DNA of 18,587 nucleotides from a bacterium (GCA_041497675.1 JBGQGY010000076.1:1-18587); one strand, 5' to 3'. Numbered from the stretch's first letter, positions 6,065 to 15,278 are shown. Translations and numbers: made by a program. The notes: generated by a model from the sequence alone, not told the origin.

Positions 6065-7257
6065 GACGAGATCACTCCCAGCGCCGTGCCCGCGCGCTGG
6101 AACGCCGCCAGCGCGCGTTCGAGGTGCTCTACCGTATGCCCGGCTGTCACGATCGTTCGGACGCGCGCCTTGCCCCGGGGGACCGTCGGAAACGCCAGAC
6201 CGACCGCGAACACGCCCTCCTCGAAGAGACGGTCGGAGAACTGCATGGCCCGCGCCTCGTCGCCGATGATGACCGGGGTGATGGGCGTCTCGCTGTTGCC
6301 CGTGTCGAACCCGAGCCGGCGCAACCCGTCTTTGAAGAACCGGGTGTTGTCCCACAGACGCCGGATCAGATCGGGTTCGTGCTGCACTAGCCGGACGGCG
6401 GCAAGCGCAGACGCCGCGACCGACGGTGGGTGAGAGGTGGAGAAGAGCAGCGGCCGCGCACGATGCATCAGCCATTCGATCAGCGCCCGGGATCCCGCGA
6501 CGTAGCCGCCGAGTCCGGCGAACGCCTTCGAGAGCGTTCCCACCTGGACGTGCACCCGGCCGTGCATCCCGAAGTGGTCGACGGTGCCGCGGCCGTCCTT
6601 CCCGACGACGCCGCTGGCGTGCGCGTCGTCGACCATCATGATCGCGCCATACTCTTCCGCGGCCGCCACCAGATCGGGGAGCGGCGCGATGTCACCGTCC
6701 ATGCTGAATACGCCGTCGGTGATCAACAGCACGCGCCGCGCGCCTCGTGATTCTGCGAGCATCCGGCGGGCCGCGCCGACATCCTTGTGGGGATAGATCT
6801 TCTTGTCGGCGCCTGAGAGGCGGCACCCGTCGATGAGGCTCGCGTGGTTCAACTCGTCGCTGACCACGACGTCGCCCTTCTCGAGGATCGCGGCGACCGT
6901 GCCGGCATTGGCGCTGAACCCGGACTGGTACAGCAGCGTGGCCTCGGTGTGTTTGAAGGCGGCGAGTTCCGTCTCGAGCTCCTGGTGGATGCTCATGTTG
7001 CCGGCGATCGTCCTGACGGCACCCGATCCCACACCGAACCGCGCCACGGCCTCCAACGCCGCGGCTTTCAACGCGGGGTGATTGGCCAGCCCCAGATAGT
7101 TGTTGGAACAGAGGTTGATGACCTCGCGGCCGTCGTAGCGCGCCACCGCCTCCTGGGGGCTCTCGAGCAATCGCGGCCACCGCCAGACGCCGCGCGTCTT
7201 CGCGTCGGCCAGCAGCTCCTCGACAAATATCAGGGGGTTGGCGTGCTCAACTTTCAA
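6061..7257 (-). CDS. kbl: 2-amino-3-ketobutyrate CoA ligase (glycine C-acetyltransferase; AONS/BioF family)
   Basis: Motifs NLCSNNYLGL, SDELNHASLIDG, TDGVFSMDGD, DDAH, GTLSKA and RARPLLFST. It is adjacent to tdh, and its TTG start overlaps the tdh 3' end. Confidence 0.9.
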   Translation of the reverse strand: MKVEHANPLIFVEELLADAKTRGVWRWPRLLESPQEAVARYDGREVINLCSNNYLGLANHPALKAAALEAVARFGVGSGAVRTIAGNMSIHQELETELAAFKHTEATLLYQSGFSANAGTVAAILEKGDVVVSDELNHASLIDGCRLSGADKKIYPHKDVGAARRMLAESRGARRVLLITDGVFSMDGDIAPLPDLVAAAEEYGAIMMVDDAHASGVVGKDGRGTVDHFGMHGRVHVQVGTLSKAFAGLGGYVAGSRALIEWLMHRARPLLFSTSHPPSVAASALAAVRLVQHEPDLIRRLWDNTRFFKDGLRRLGFDTGNSETPITPVIIGDEARAMQFSDRLFEEGVFAVGLAFPTVPRGKARVRTIVTAGHTVEHLERALAAFQRAGTALGVISS

Positions 7258-8344
7258 TGGTCAGGATCACCTTCCCCGCGTTGCCGGATTCCAACAGCGA
7301 GAATGCCTCGGCGAAGCGCTCCAACGGCAGCCGGTGTGTGATCACCGGCGTGATATCCAGCCCGCGCCGCAGCAGCCGGCTCATCTGCTCCCAGGTCTCC
7401 CAGATGCGGCGGCCAAAGATGCCCTGGATCCGCACCGCGTTGAAGATCACGTCGTTGGCGAGGTCGAGCTCCACCGGTGCGCCCGGCAAACCCAGCAGGC
7501 TCACCCACCCCCCGCGGCGCACCGCCCGCAGCGCGTCAGCGATGCCTCCGGGATGGCCTGACATTTCCAAAACCACGTCGGCGCCCTGACCGTCGGTTAG
7601 CTCGTGCACGCCGGCGGCGACATTCTCGGCGCGCGAGTCCAGCACCAGATCGGCCCCCATCGTCCGCGCCAGCGACAACCGCGCGGTGTTCACGTCGGAG
7701 GCCACCACGACCGCGGCGCCGGCCATCTTGCAGATCGCGATCGCCATCAGCCCGATCGGACCGCACCCCGTGATGAGGACCGCCTGCGCCGTCAGCTCGG
7801 TCGCCAACGCCGTGTGGACGGCGTTGCCCAGCGGATCCATCACGGCCGCGACATCTGTCGGGATGTCGGCGTGCAGCCGCCAGGCGTTGCGGGCCGGCAT
7901 CCGGACGTACTCGGCAAACGCGCCGTCGCGGTCGATCCCGATGATCTCGAGACGCTCGCAAATATGTGGATCGCCCCGCCGGCAGTTGTGACACAGACCG
8001 CACGCGACGTGGCACTCGCCGGCGATCCGGTCGCCCACGGCGACCTCGGTGACGTCGTCACCCAAGGCGACAACGGTACCGGTGAACTCGTGGCCGATCA
8101 CACGCGGCGGGTGGACATGCGCCCGCGCCCACGGATCCCAGCGATAGATGTGGAGGTCGGTGCCGCAAATCCCGGTTGCGCTCACCCGGACCAGCACTTC
8201 GCCGCGGCGTGGTTCGGGGACCGGCACGTCGGCGATCTGGCACCCCGGCCCCGGCGACGCCTTGACCAGTGCGCGCATGCGCCGGGGAAGCGCCGCGACC
8301 GCGCCCGGGGCCTCGGTCGCCGGTTGGGTTCCGCGTGGTGTCAC
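7247..8344 (-). CDS. tdh: L-threonine 3-dehydrogenase (Zn-dependent MDR)
   Basis: Motifs ICGTDLHIY.WD.W, GHEF, C-x2-C-x2-C-x7-C structural Zn site, DPLGNAVHT, GCGPIG and GIFGRRIWETW. It pairs with kbl. The start is uncertain: GTG 8344 or ATG 8278 (MRALVK). Confidence 0.93.
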   Translation of the reverse strand: MTPRGTQPATEAPGAVAALPRRMRALVKASPGPGCQIADVPVPEPRRGEVLVRVSATGICGTDLHIYRWDPWARAHVHPPRVIGHEFTGTVVALGDDVTEVAVGDRIAGECHVACGLCHNCRRGDPHICERLEIIGIDRDGAFAEYVRMPARNAWRLHADIPTDVAAVMDPLGNAVHTALATELTAQAVLITGCGPIGLMAIAICKMAGAAVVVASDVNTARLSLARTMGADLVLDSRAENVAAGVHELTDGQGADVVLEMSGHPGGIADALRAVRRGGWVSLLGLPGAPVELDLANDVIFNAVRIQGIFGRRIWETWEQMSRLLRRGLDITPVITHRLPLERFAEAFSLLESGNAGKVILTIES

Positions 8345-8422
8345 GAGTGACGCTTCGACGCAGCGCGCCGCGGAGTCCTGCGGCAGGAGCCTCCGGGGTC
8401 AGGCACCGAAGGAGGACGGATC

Positions 8423-8917
8423 GTGTATACAGTCCATGCGGTGGTCGCCCAGGTGTTTGGGCTGCCCGTGTGTCCTCCACGGGGAACCGGCCTGCTGGGG
8501 AGCATTTTTCACCAACAAACCCTCTTCCACCCCCTGATTGTGCATTTTCCGATCGCGTTGTGGCTGACGAGCGCGCTGTTCGACGTCTTTCACGTGATCA
8601 ATCCCAACCGCTTCCACACCCGGGTCTCCCAGCACCTGATCGGGCTTGGCCTGCTGGCGGCGGTCGTCTCGATCAACATGGGCTTCTGCGACGCCATTCC
8701 GCTCGTGAAGGAAGGCGTGGGGCAGAAGTTTGTGGACCGGCACGCGGCACACCAAGTCTGGGCGCTGGCGGCCACGGCGTTCTACGCGGTCTCGTTTACC
8801 ATCCGCTGGAGGCGTCCGGACATGGGCCGCCTCGCGGCCGTCATGCTGCTCGCGGTCGGCGCCGTGCTGATCGCCGTGACCGGGTATCTCGGCGGAGAAG
8901 TCCGGCTGGTGATGTAG
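8423..8917 (+). CDS. DUF2231-like membrane protein
   Basis: HPLIVHFPIAL motif, a later His (RHAAH), C-terminal TGYLGGE and about 4 hydrophobic helices. SD GGAGGA precedes the GTG. Confidence 0.8.
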   Translation: MYTVHAVVAQVFGLPVCPPRGTGLLGSIFHQQTLFHPLIVHFPIALWLTSALFDVFHVINPNRFHTRVSQHLIGLGLLAAVVSINMGFCDAIPLVKEGVGQKFVDRHAAHQVWALAATAFYAVSFTIRWRRPDMGRLAAVMLLAVGAVLIAVTGYLGGEVRLVM

Positions 8918-8922
8918 CATCC

Positions 8923-9639
8923 ATGCCACAGCGCATCCTGGTCGTGGACGACGAACCCCACATCGTGGAGCTGGTGCGCTACAATCTGCAGCAGGACGGC
9001 TATGAGGTACTGACCGCAGGCGACGGCGAAACTGCCCTGAGCAAGAGCGCGTCCGAGCGGCCCGACCTGATCATCCTCGATCTGATGCTCCCCGGTGTTG
9101 ACGGTTTGGAAGTCTGCCGCCGGCTGCGCCGCGAGTCTGCGGTGCCGATCATCATGCTCACGGCCCGCGGTGGCGAGGTCGAACGCATCGTCGGGCTCGA
9201 TCTGGGCGCCGACGACTACGTGATCAAACCCTTCAGCCCGCGCGAGCTGGTCGCGCGGGTGCGCGCGGTCTTGCGCCGGCACGCGCGCGAGGTCGCGCCG
9301 CCGACCGCCGGGCCGCTGTGCGTGGGCCCGCTCCGGCTGGACGCGGGCACGCATGACGTGATGCTGGCGGGTCGCCGGGTTGACCTGACCGCGCGCGAGT
9401 TCGAGTTATTGCGGCTCTTCATGCGACATCCCAACAGAGTCTTCACCCGGGACTTCTTGCTCGAGCACCTGTGGGGACACGACTTCTACGGGAGCACCCG
9501 CACCGTGGACATGCATGTTAGCCGGCTGCGTGAGAAAATTGAAGACGATCCTGGCGAGCCGCGGTTCATCGTGACCGTGCGCGGGGTCGGCTACAAGATG
9601 CGCGCGGTCGAAGAGACGCGCAAGAAGGTCCGCGCATGA
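8923..9639 (+). CDS. OmpR/PhoB-family response regulator (PhoP/WalR-like)
   Basis: From ATG 8923: RILVVDDE, LDLMLP, MLTAR, GADDYVIKPFSPREL, and winged helix TRTVDMHVSRLREKIE...TVRGVGY. The ORF-track start at 8269 is too far upstream. Confidence 0.95.
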   Translation: MPQRILVVDDEPHIVELVRYNLQQDGYEVLTAGDGETALSKSASERPDLIILDLMLPGVDGLEVCRRLRRESAVPIIMLTARGGEVERIVGLDLGADDYVIKPFSPRELVARVRAVLRRHAREVAPPTAGPLCVGPLRLDAGTHDVMLAGRRVDLTAREFELLRLFMRHPNRVFTRDFLLEHLWGHDFYGSTRTVDMHVSRLREKIEDDPGEPRFIVTVRGVGYKMRAVEETRKKVRA

Positions 9640-11417
9640 GACCCCGGTCGATCCGCGCCAGGCTGACGACATCGTACGTCCTGCTCGTCTCCGTCTGCCT
9701 CGTGCTCGCCGCGACCTACGTCACCTGGCGGTTGCAGGCGCAATATACGAATACGTATCGCCGTGTGATCCTCACCCAATCGATCCTGATCGGCCGGATG
9801 TTGGATTGGTACGCGCACGAGGGGCTGCCGCCGGGCCGTCTCGAGCAGCTGGCCCAGCAGTTCCGGTGGCGGCCCGATGCCTCAATCCGCGTCGTCCCCT
9901 TCGCCGAGTTGACGGCATCGACCGCGCCCGAGTTGCGGGCGGTCGCCGAGTGTGTCACGACGACCGTGCGGCAGGGCCGCGTTGACCGCGAAAGCCTCTC
10001 GAAGTGCCCCAGCCAGTCGCTCCGACCCGATGACGTCACGGGCAGTCCCCGCGTCTTTGCCGCAGCGCCGGTCATGAAGGACGGCACGCCGGTGGCCGCC
10101 GTCCAGGTCTCCGTGCCGACCGGGTGGGTGTGGGTGCAGCTCCAGGGCATGCTTCCGCAATTGGGTCTGGCGCTGGCGATTGGATTGGTCGTGGCGGCGA
10201 TTCTCGGCGCCCGCTTCGCGCGCAGCCTGGTCGAGCCGATCGCCGAGCTCACGCAGGTGGCCTCCCAAATGAGCGCGGGGGATCTCAGCCGCGCGGTACG
10301 GCCGCGGGGCACTGACGAGATCGGCCGTCTCGGGGAGATGTTCAACCGGATGGCCGACCAACTGCAGGGCACGATCGCCACCCTGTCCGCCGAGCGCACC
10401 CGCCTCGCCGCCATCGTGTCCGGGATGGTCGATGGCGTGATCGCCACCGACCGCCGGGGCGAAATTCTCCTGGCCAACCGCGCCGCCTCGGAGATGCTTG
10501 GGACGGGGGCGGCGAGAGGCAACGGCGGTACCGGCCAGCCCGTCCCCGGTCCTCGCCTCAGGGCCCTCTTCTCGGACGCGGCGACCTACGGGCGTGTCAG
10601 CGCCGAGGAACTGCCGCCCGCCGAAGTGGGCGACCGGCTGGTCGAGGTGCACTGCGCGCCCATTGTGGGCGACGGGACGGCGGCCATCGGCGCGGTGGCG
10701 GTGCTCCGCGACGTCACCGAGCTGCGGCGACTCGAGCGCGCGCGCCGCGAGCTGACGGCGAACGTCTCACACGAGCTGCGGACCCCGCTCACGTCGATCA
10801 AGGGGTTTGCCGAAACGCTGCTCGCCGGCGCGGTCCGAGATGAATCGACGGCGCGGCACTTCCTCGAGATCATCGACAACGAGGCCAACCGTCTCGTCAA
10901 ACTCGTCGATGACCTCCTCGACCTCTCGCGGCTGGAGAGCAAGCGTATCAGCCTCGAACTCGGTCAGGTGGACGTGGGCAGGCTGGTCGAGGACACGGTG
11001 GCCCGCCTCCGACCCTTGGCCGGCGCGCGCGACGTCGCGCTGCAGCCCGCGGCGCAGGATGTCGTCGCCATCGCCGACCGCGACCGTCTGGCGCAGGTCC
11101 TGACGAATCTCCTGGAAAACGCCATCAAGTTCACACCCGACGACGGACGCATCGCCGTGGGTTGGCGAGCGGCCAACGGCGAGGTGGAGGTCTCCGTGGC
11201 CGACACGGGCGCGGGGATCGCTGAGGCCGACCTGCCGCACGTCTTCGAACGCTTCTATAAAGCCGACCGGGCCCGCGCGGCGACCTCGGGCGGCAGCGGT
11301 CTGGGACTCGCCATCACCAAGCACATCGTCGAGGCGCACGGCGGCCGGATCCGCGTCAGCAGCGAACCCGGCCGGGGAACGACGTTTACCTTTACGCTGC
11401 CGCGCGACGGTGATTGA
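9636..11417 (+). CDS. Two-component sensor histidine kinase (2 TM, HAMP, PAS, HisKA, HATPase; PhoR/WalK-like)
   Basis: HAMP (DEIGRLGEMFNRMA), PAS (MVDGVIATD..G.ILLAN), H-box VSHELRTPLTSIKG, N-box NLLENAIKFT, DTGAGI, FERFYK and GSGLGLAI. ATGA overlap with the regulator. Confidence 0.96.
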   Translation: MRPRSIRARLTTSYVLLVSVCLVLAATYVTWRLQAQYTNTYRRVILTQSILIGRMLDWYAHEGLPPGRLEQLAQQFRWRPDASIRVVPFAELTASTAPELRAVAECVTTTVRQGRVDRESLSKCPSQSLRPDDVTGSPRVFAAAPVMKDGTPVAAVQVSVPTGWVWVQLQGMLPQLGLALAIGLVVAAILGARFARSLVEPIAELTQVASQMSAGDLSRAVRPRGTDEIGRLGEMFNRMADQLQGTIATLSAERTRLAAIVSGMVDGVIATDRRGEILLANRAASEMLGTGAARGNGGTGQPVPGPRLRALFSDAATYGRVSAEELPPAEVGDRLVEVHCAPIVGDGTAAIGAVAVLRDVTELRRLERARRELTANVSHELRTPLTSIKGFAETLLAGAVRDESTARHFLEIIDNEANRLVKLVDDLLDLSRLESKRISLELGQVDVGRLVEDTVARLRPLAGARDVALQPAAQDVVAIADRDRLAQVLTNLLENAIKFTPDDGRIAVGWRAANGEVEVSVADTGAGIAEADLPHVFERFYKADRARAATSGGSGLGLAITKHIVEAHGGRIRVSSEPGRGTTFTFTLPRDGD

Positions 11418-11420
11418 CGC

Positions 11421-11439
11421 CCTACCCCGTAGGGGTAGG
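11421..11439. terminator. Hairpin between convergent kinase and livF genes, possible bidirectional terminator
   Basis: CCTACCCC-GTA-GGGGTAGG is a perfect 8-bp inverted repeat filling the 22-bp gap. There is no U-tract. Confidence 0.55.
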
Positions 11440-12150
11440 CTACCCGCCTAGATAGGCCTTCTTCACCTCGGGGTTCTCACGCAATTCGGCGGCCGGGCCT
11501 TGCAGGATGATCTCACCCGTCTGCAGCACGTAGGCCCGGCGCGCAATCGACAGCGCCATGTATGCGTTTTGCTCGACGAGCAGCACGGTACCGCCCTGGG
11601 CGTTGATGCTCTGGATGGTCTGGAAGATCGACTCGACCAGTACCGGCGCCAGACCCATCGAGGGCTCGTCCAGCAGCAGGATCCGGGGACGTGTCATCAT
11701 CGCGCGACCGATGGCCAGCATCTGCTGCTCGCCACCTGAGAGCGTACCGGCGACCTGAACGATGCGCTCGCGGAGCCTCGGGAAGAGAGTCAGGACCCGT
11801 TCCATGTCGTCCCGGATGCCCACCTGATCGTTACGCCGGAACGCGCCCATCTCGAGATTCTCCCGAACGGTCAGCCGGCCGAAGACACGGCGGCCCTCGG
11901 GCGAGTGACCGATCCCGAGCGCCACGATCTCGTGTGGGGGCCGGTGATCGATGCGCTCCCCCGCCAGCCGGATGTGCCCCTGCCGGCCGCGCTGGATCCC
12001 GGAGATGGTCCGGAGCGTGGTCGTCTTGCCGGCGCCGTTGCTGCCGAGCATCGCGACGATCTCGCCTTCTTCTACCGCGAGCGAGATCCCGCGCAGGGCA
12101 TGGATGTGCCCGTAGTACACGTGAAGATCTTCGATATCGAGCAGCGCCAT
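11440..12150 (-). CDS. livF: Branched-chain amino acid ABC transporter ATP-binding protein
   Basis: Walker A GSNGAGKTT, PEGRRVF, LSGGEQQMLAIGRA, LLLDEPS, LVEQN and C-terminal AYLG. Confidence 0.95.
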   Translation of the reverse strand: MALLDIEDLHVYYGHIHALRGISLAVEEGEIVAMLGSNGAGKTTTLRTISGIQRGRQGHIRLAGERIDHRPPHEIVALGIGHSPEGRRVFGRLTVRENLEMGAFRRNDQVGIRDDMERVLTLFPRLRERIVQVAGTLSGGEQQMLAIGRAMMTRPRILLLDEPSMGLAPVLVESIFQTIQSINAQGGTVLLVEQNAYMALSIARRAYVLQTGEIILQGPAAELRENPEVKKAYLGG

Positions 12151-12156
12151 GGTCGC

Positions 12157-12966
12157 CTAGCGCACCGCAGCGAGTCCTTTGCCGCTGCCCAGATACGCCT
12201 CGATCACCTTGGGGTCGTTCTGAACAATCGCGGGCGTGCCTTCGGCGATCTTTGCGCCGTAATCCAACACCGTCACCCGATCGGAGATCCCCATCACCAC
12301 GCGCATGTTGTGCTCGATCAACAGGATCGTCAGGCTGAGATCGGTGCGCAGCCTGGTGAGAAACGCCATCAGGTTGACCGCCTCGGTCGGCGACATGCCC
12401 GCCGTCGGTTCGTCCAGCAAGAGCAGCTTCGGCTGGCTGGCCAGCGCCCGGGCGATCTCGAGTCTCCGCTGGTCGCCGTAGGGTAGATTCTTTGACAGCT
12501 CGTTGCCCCGGCCGGTCAGCCCGACGAGATCGAGGAGCTGGGCCGCGCGCCGCAGCGCTTCGGCTTCGACCCGGGTGAATTTCGGCGTCCGCAGGAGCGC
12601 ATCCCAGGCCGACAGCGGCAGCCGGCAGTGCATACCCACCAGGATATTTTCGATCACCGTCATGTTGCCAAACAGCCTGATGTTCTGGAAGGTCCGGCAC
12701 ATGCCGAGCGCGGTGATCTGGTCGGGCCGTAGGCCCACGAGCTCCTGCCCGTTGAATTTCACCGAGCCTTCCTCAGGAAGGTAGATCCCGGTGAAGACGT
12801 TGAACAGCGTGGTTTTTCCGGCGCCGTTGGGTCCGATGATGCTCGCGATCACGCCGGGTTCCAACGCAAAGTCCACCCGGTTGACCGCCACCAGCCCGCC
12901 GAACCGCTTCGTCACGCCCGCGACTTCGAAGAGCGGTCGGTCGGCCGCGCCCCCTTCACCCTGCAT
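12157..12966 (-). CDS. livG: Branched-chain amino acid ABC transporter ATP-binding protein
   Basis: KRFGGL, GPNGAGKTT, RTFQNIRLF, LPYGDQRRLEIARAL, LLLDEP and IEHNM. Start set at ATG 12966 after a strong SD GGAGGAGG (ORF track gives 13002). Confidence 0.95.
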   Translation of the reverse strand: MQGEGGAADRPLFEVAGVTKRFGGLVAVNRVDFALEPGVIASIIGPNGAGKTTLFNVFTGIYLPEEGSVKFNGQELVGLRPDQITALGMCRTFQNIRLFGNMTVIENILVGMHCRLPLSAWDALLRTPKFTRVEAEALRRAAQLLDLVGLTGRGNELSKNLPYGDQRRLEIARALASQPKLLLLDEPTAGMSPTEAVNLMAFLTRLRTDLSLTILLIEHNMRVVMGISDRVTVLDYGAKIAEGTPAIVQNDPKVIEAYLGSGKGLAAVR

Positions 12967-14242
12967 GCGACGAACCTCCTCCCGCCGCTCCCTCGCGGAC
13001 ATCCTCCAGTTCGATCTGACGCCGGGCAGACGGCAGTATCCCCTGCGACCGGTAGATCATCATCAAGATCAATATCACCCCGAATACCATGCGTTCATAC
13101 TTCGCCGGCTCCAGCTGGGTGGGCAGGCTGGCCAATGGATAGCCGAAGATCGTTACCCCGGCCGCCTTCCAAGCGTTCAGCGTGAGCGAGAACTGCTTGA
13201 GGACCTGCAGGTTGAGGATGGTGACCAGGCTCGCGCCCAGAATGGCCCCCGGAATGCTCCCGACCCCGCCCAAAATGATCATCGACAGCACGCCGATTGA
13301 CTCCAAGAACGTGAAGCTCTCGGGGTTGATGAACACCTGCTTGCTGGCGAACAGGACACCCATCGCGCCGGCGAACGACGCGCCCGCGGCAAATGCCAGG
13401 AGTTTGCTGCGGACCAGCGGGACGCCCATGGCGATGGCGGCGGACTCATCCTCGCGGATCGCTTCCCACGCCCGCCCAATGTGGGATTCTTTGAGGCGCT
13501 GGGTGACGACGATGACCGCGCCCACGACGAGCAGCACCAGGAAGTAGAAGTACAGCGGGTAGAGGGCCGCCGGGGTCGCCGCCAGGCCGAGCCGTTCGAC
13601 GAAGGGCGCGAAGAAGAGCGGCGGGCGGCCGACCGGCGTGATCCCGATGGGACCGTTGGTGAAGTTGATCGGCTTGTCCAGGTTGTTCGCCAGGACGCGG
13701 ACGACCTCCCCGAAGCCCAGGGTCACGATGGCGAGATAGTCGCCCCGGACGCGCAGTACCGGCAACCCCAGCAGAATGCCGGTGACGGCGGCCGTGACCA
13801 CCGCCAGCAGGAGGAAGACGAAGAACCACCAGCCGCCCAGCGGAAAGATGTTGGTGGCACCCGGGAAGATCTTCAGCACCTGGGGCGACCCCACGATGGC
13901 CCACGTGTAGGCGCCGACCGCGTAGAACGCGACGTAACCCAGGTCGAGCAGTCCGGCGATCCCGACCACGATGTTCAGCCCAAGCGCCAGCGCGACGAAG
14001 ATCCCGATCTGCGTGGCGACTTCGAGGTAGAAGGTGTTCTGGGTGCCGATGTACGGCATCAGCAGTCCCAACATCGCGACGAGGCCTGCCGTTCGCGCCC
14101 CGCGGGGCACCTTGATCATGAAGAGCAACGGGAGCGACGCGACGAACAAGAGGAACGCCGGCAGCGACCTCGGCACATGGGTGACCAGGTACGTCGTGCC
14201 GAGGGTGTAGGCGAGGAGAAACAGCGGGCTAAATTTTTTCAC
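12956..14242 (-). CDS. livM: Branched-chain amino acid ABC transporter permease
   Basis: LGLNIVVG.AGLLDLGYVAFYAVGAY, LRVRGDYLAIVTLGFGE, GRAWEAIREDE and IILGG.GSIPG. Start at GTG 14242 (SD GAGGT) or GTG 14254. Confidence 0.94.
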   Translation of the reverse strand: MKKFSPLFLLAYTLGTTYLVTHVPRSLPAFLLFVASLPLLFMIKVPRGARTAGLVAMLGLLMPYIGTQNTFYLEVATQIGIFVALALGLNIVVGIAGLLDLGYVAFYAVGAYTWAIVGSPQVLKIFPGATNIFPLGGWWFFVFLLLAVVTAAVTGILLGLPVLRVRGDYLAIVTLGFGEVVRVLANNLDKPINFTNGPIGITPVGRPPLFFAPFVERLGLAATPAALYPLYFYFLVLLVVGAVIVVTQRLKESHIGRAWEAIREDESAAIAMGVPLVRSKLLAFAAGASFAGAMGVLFASKQVFINPESFTFLESIGVLSMIILGGVGSIPGAILGASLVTILNLQVLKQFSLTLNAWKAAGVTIFGYPLASLPTQLEPAKYERMVFGVILILMMIYRSQGILPSARRQIELEDVREGAAGGGSSHAG

Positions 14243-15200
14243 GTACGACCTCACCCAGCAATCCCCGCGGGCGGAACATCAGGATCAAGATCAGCACCAT
14301 GAAGGCGAAGATGTCCTTGTACTCGGCCCCGAACGCCCCGCCAGTCAGCAGCGACATGTACGACGCGGCGAACGTTTCCAGCATCCCGAGCACGAGTCCG
14401 CCCAGCATCGCGCCCGGGATGTTGCCGATGCCGCCGAGCACCGCGGCCGTAAACGCTTTGAGCCCCGGAGTGAACCCCGTGTAGGGGTTGATCGTGCCGT
14501 ACTGCACGCCGAATAGCGCCCCCGCCGCGCCACCCATCGCCCCCCCGATCAGGAACGTCAGCGAGATCATCTGGTTCACATTGATCCCCATCAGCCCGGC
14601 GGTGCTCTGGTCCTCCGCGACCGCCCTGATGGCCTTGCCGAGCTTGGTCCGGTTGACGAACAGCGTCAGCGCGACCAGCATCAGGATCGCCGAGACCATC
14701 ACCAGAATCGCCTTGACCGAGATGTCGGTCTCGCCAAACAGCGTGAGGCGGACGTCGAAGAACGCAATCGTCGGATACGTCAGGAAGAACGCGTTGCGCC
14801 AAAAGCTCTCAAACAGCCGGATCGCGTCCTGCAGGAAGAACGACACACCGATCGCCGAGATCAGCGGGACCAGCCGCGGGGCGTTGCGCAGCGGCCTGTA
14901 TGCGACGCGCTCGACGGTCACGGCCAGCAGCCCGCTGACGACCATCGCCGCGCCGATGATCATCACCAGCAGGACCAGCGGGTGATACCCGGCCAGCGTG
15001 CCCTTGGCCTGGAGGATCAACAAGACCTCCGCGCCGACAAAGGCCCCCGTCACGAAGATCTCGCTGTGCGCAAAGTTGATCATCTGGAGGACGCCGTAGA
15101 CCATCGTGTAGCCGAGGGCGATGAGCGCGTACACGAATCCCAAAGCGATGCCGTCGAGGACGACCGTCGGGAAGATGCCGATCAGGATGTCCCATTCCAT
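14229..15200 (-). CDS. livH: Branched-chain amino acid ABC transporter permease
   Basis: YALIALGYTMVYGV..INFAH, ERVAYRPLR, GKAIRAVAED, GLKAFTAAVLGGIGNIPGA and RPRGLLG. Confidence 0.95.
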   Translation of the reverse strand: MEWDILIGIFPTVVLDGIALGFVYALIALGYTMVYGVLQMINFAHSEIFVTGAFVGAEVLLILQAKGTLAGYHPLVLLVMIIGAAMVVSGLLAVTVERVAYRPLRNAPRLVPLISAIGVSFFLQDAIRLFESFWRNAFFLTYPTIAFFDVRLTLFGETDISVKAILVMVSAILMLVALTLFVNRTKLGKAIRAVAEDQSTAGLMGINVNQMISLTFLIGGAMGGAAGALFGVQYGTINPYTGFTPGLKAFTAAVLGGIGNIPGAMLGGLVLGMLETFAASYMSLLTGGAFGAEYKDIFAFMVLILILMFRPRGLLGEVVREKI

Positions 15201-15278
15201 CTTGGCTCCGACTATTCACCGTGCCGACAGGGAAGCCCTCCGCCGCCGTGCCCCGTGAATCCCGGCCACCACAACGGA

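Noticed and set aside
6065..6475. 137-aa N-terminal extension of MoeA in the ORF track
   Set aside because: It is an alternative frame lying wholly inside kbl, with no domain-like sequence.
6061..7257. Assignment as bioF (8-amino-7-oxononanoate synthase)
   Set aside because: Same family, but coupling to tdh and the absence of bio genes favour kbl; dual activity is not excluded.
8269..8922. 218-aa N-terminal extension of the response regulator
   Set aside because: It overlaps tdh and the DUF2231-like gene; the receiver domain begins at ATG 8923.
8923..11417. Naming the two-component pair phoPR or walRK
   Set aside because: The architecture fits both and no diagnostic neighbours or binding boxes are visible, so gene symbols were left empty.
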